Shown here piece by piece: positions 63,992 to 64,000 of a stretch of 64,000 nt of DNA. Each line of letters starts with the position of its first letter. Position 1 is the first letter of the stretch. The notes beneath the pieces are model-generated. The model saw nothing but the letters and a program-made list of their open reading frames with translations. It was not told where the DNA came from and searched no databases. A program made the position numbers and the translations under genes. Origin of the DNA: a virus; IMG/VR virus record IMGVR_UViG_3300031669_005808; one strand, written 5' to 3'.

Positions 63992-64000
63992 TACAATAAT

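Overview
An AT-rich 64 kb stretch in which every credible gene lies on the minus strand. It reads as the DNA-metabolism and early (host-takeover) region of a large or jumbo tailed phage of an anaerobic diderm host. Class III RNR, a PEP-CTERM protein and a PyrF-like RIILPLD start suggest a Desulfobacterota-like host (inference). Replication/recombination genes: beta-clamp-like protein, Cas4/AddB-like nuclease, SbcD, SbcC in two genes 21 kb apart, RecA, RuvC, SSB-like protein and a UvrD helicase split in two. Nucleotide supply genes: NrdD/NrdG, ThyA, dCMP deaminase, PurE, PurC, the IMP cyclohydrolase half of PurH, a PurN fragment and a PyrF-like gene at the left edge. Also present: ClpC-type ATPase, RtcB, two DNA methyltransferases, tRNA-Glu, an atypical tRNA, two inteins, an HNH homing endonuclease and a solo TnpB. 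Main non-obvious signals: (1) a 13-copy bipartite motif GTGTAAAATT-N12-ATCGAATA(TATAAT) with invariant spacing, one copy sitting exactly at the helicase split; (2) genes flanked by direct repeats that duplicate the start or end of a neighbouring gene; (3) a Pro-initiated class-3-like mini-intein at the NrdD active site; (4) a six-copy Cys-rich domain family; (5) a stand-alone tail-sheath C-terminal-like protein; (6) a tRNA with a His-like body and a UAA anticodon. All family assignments come from motif recognition by eye; no database searches were run.
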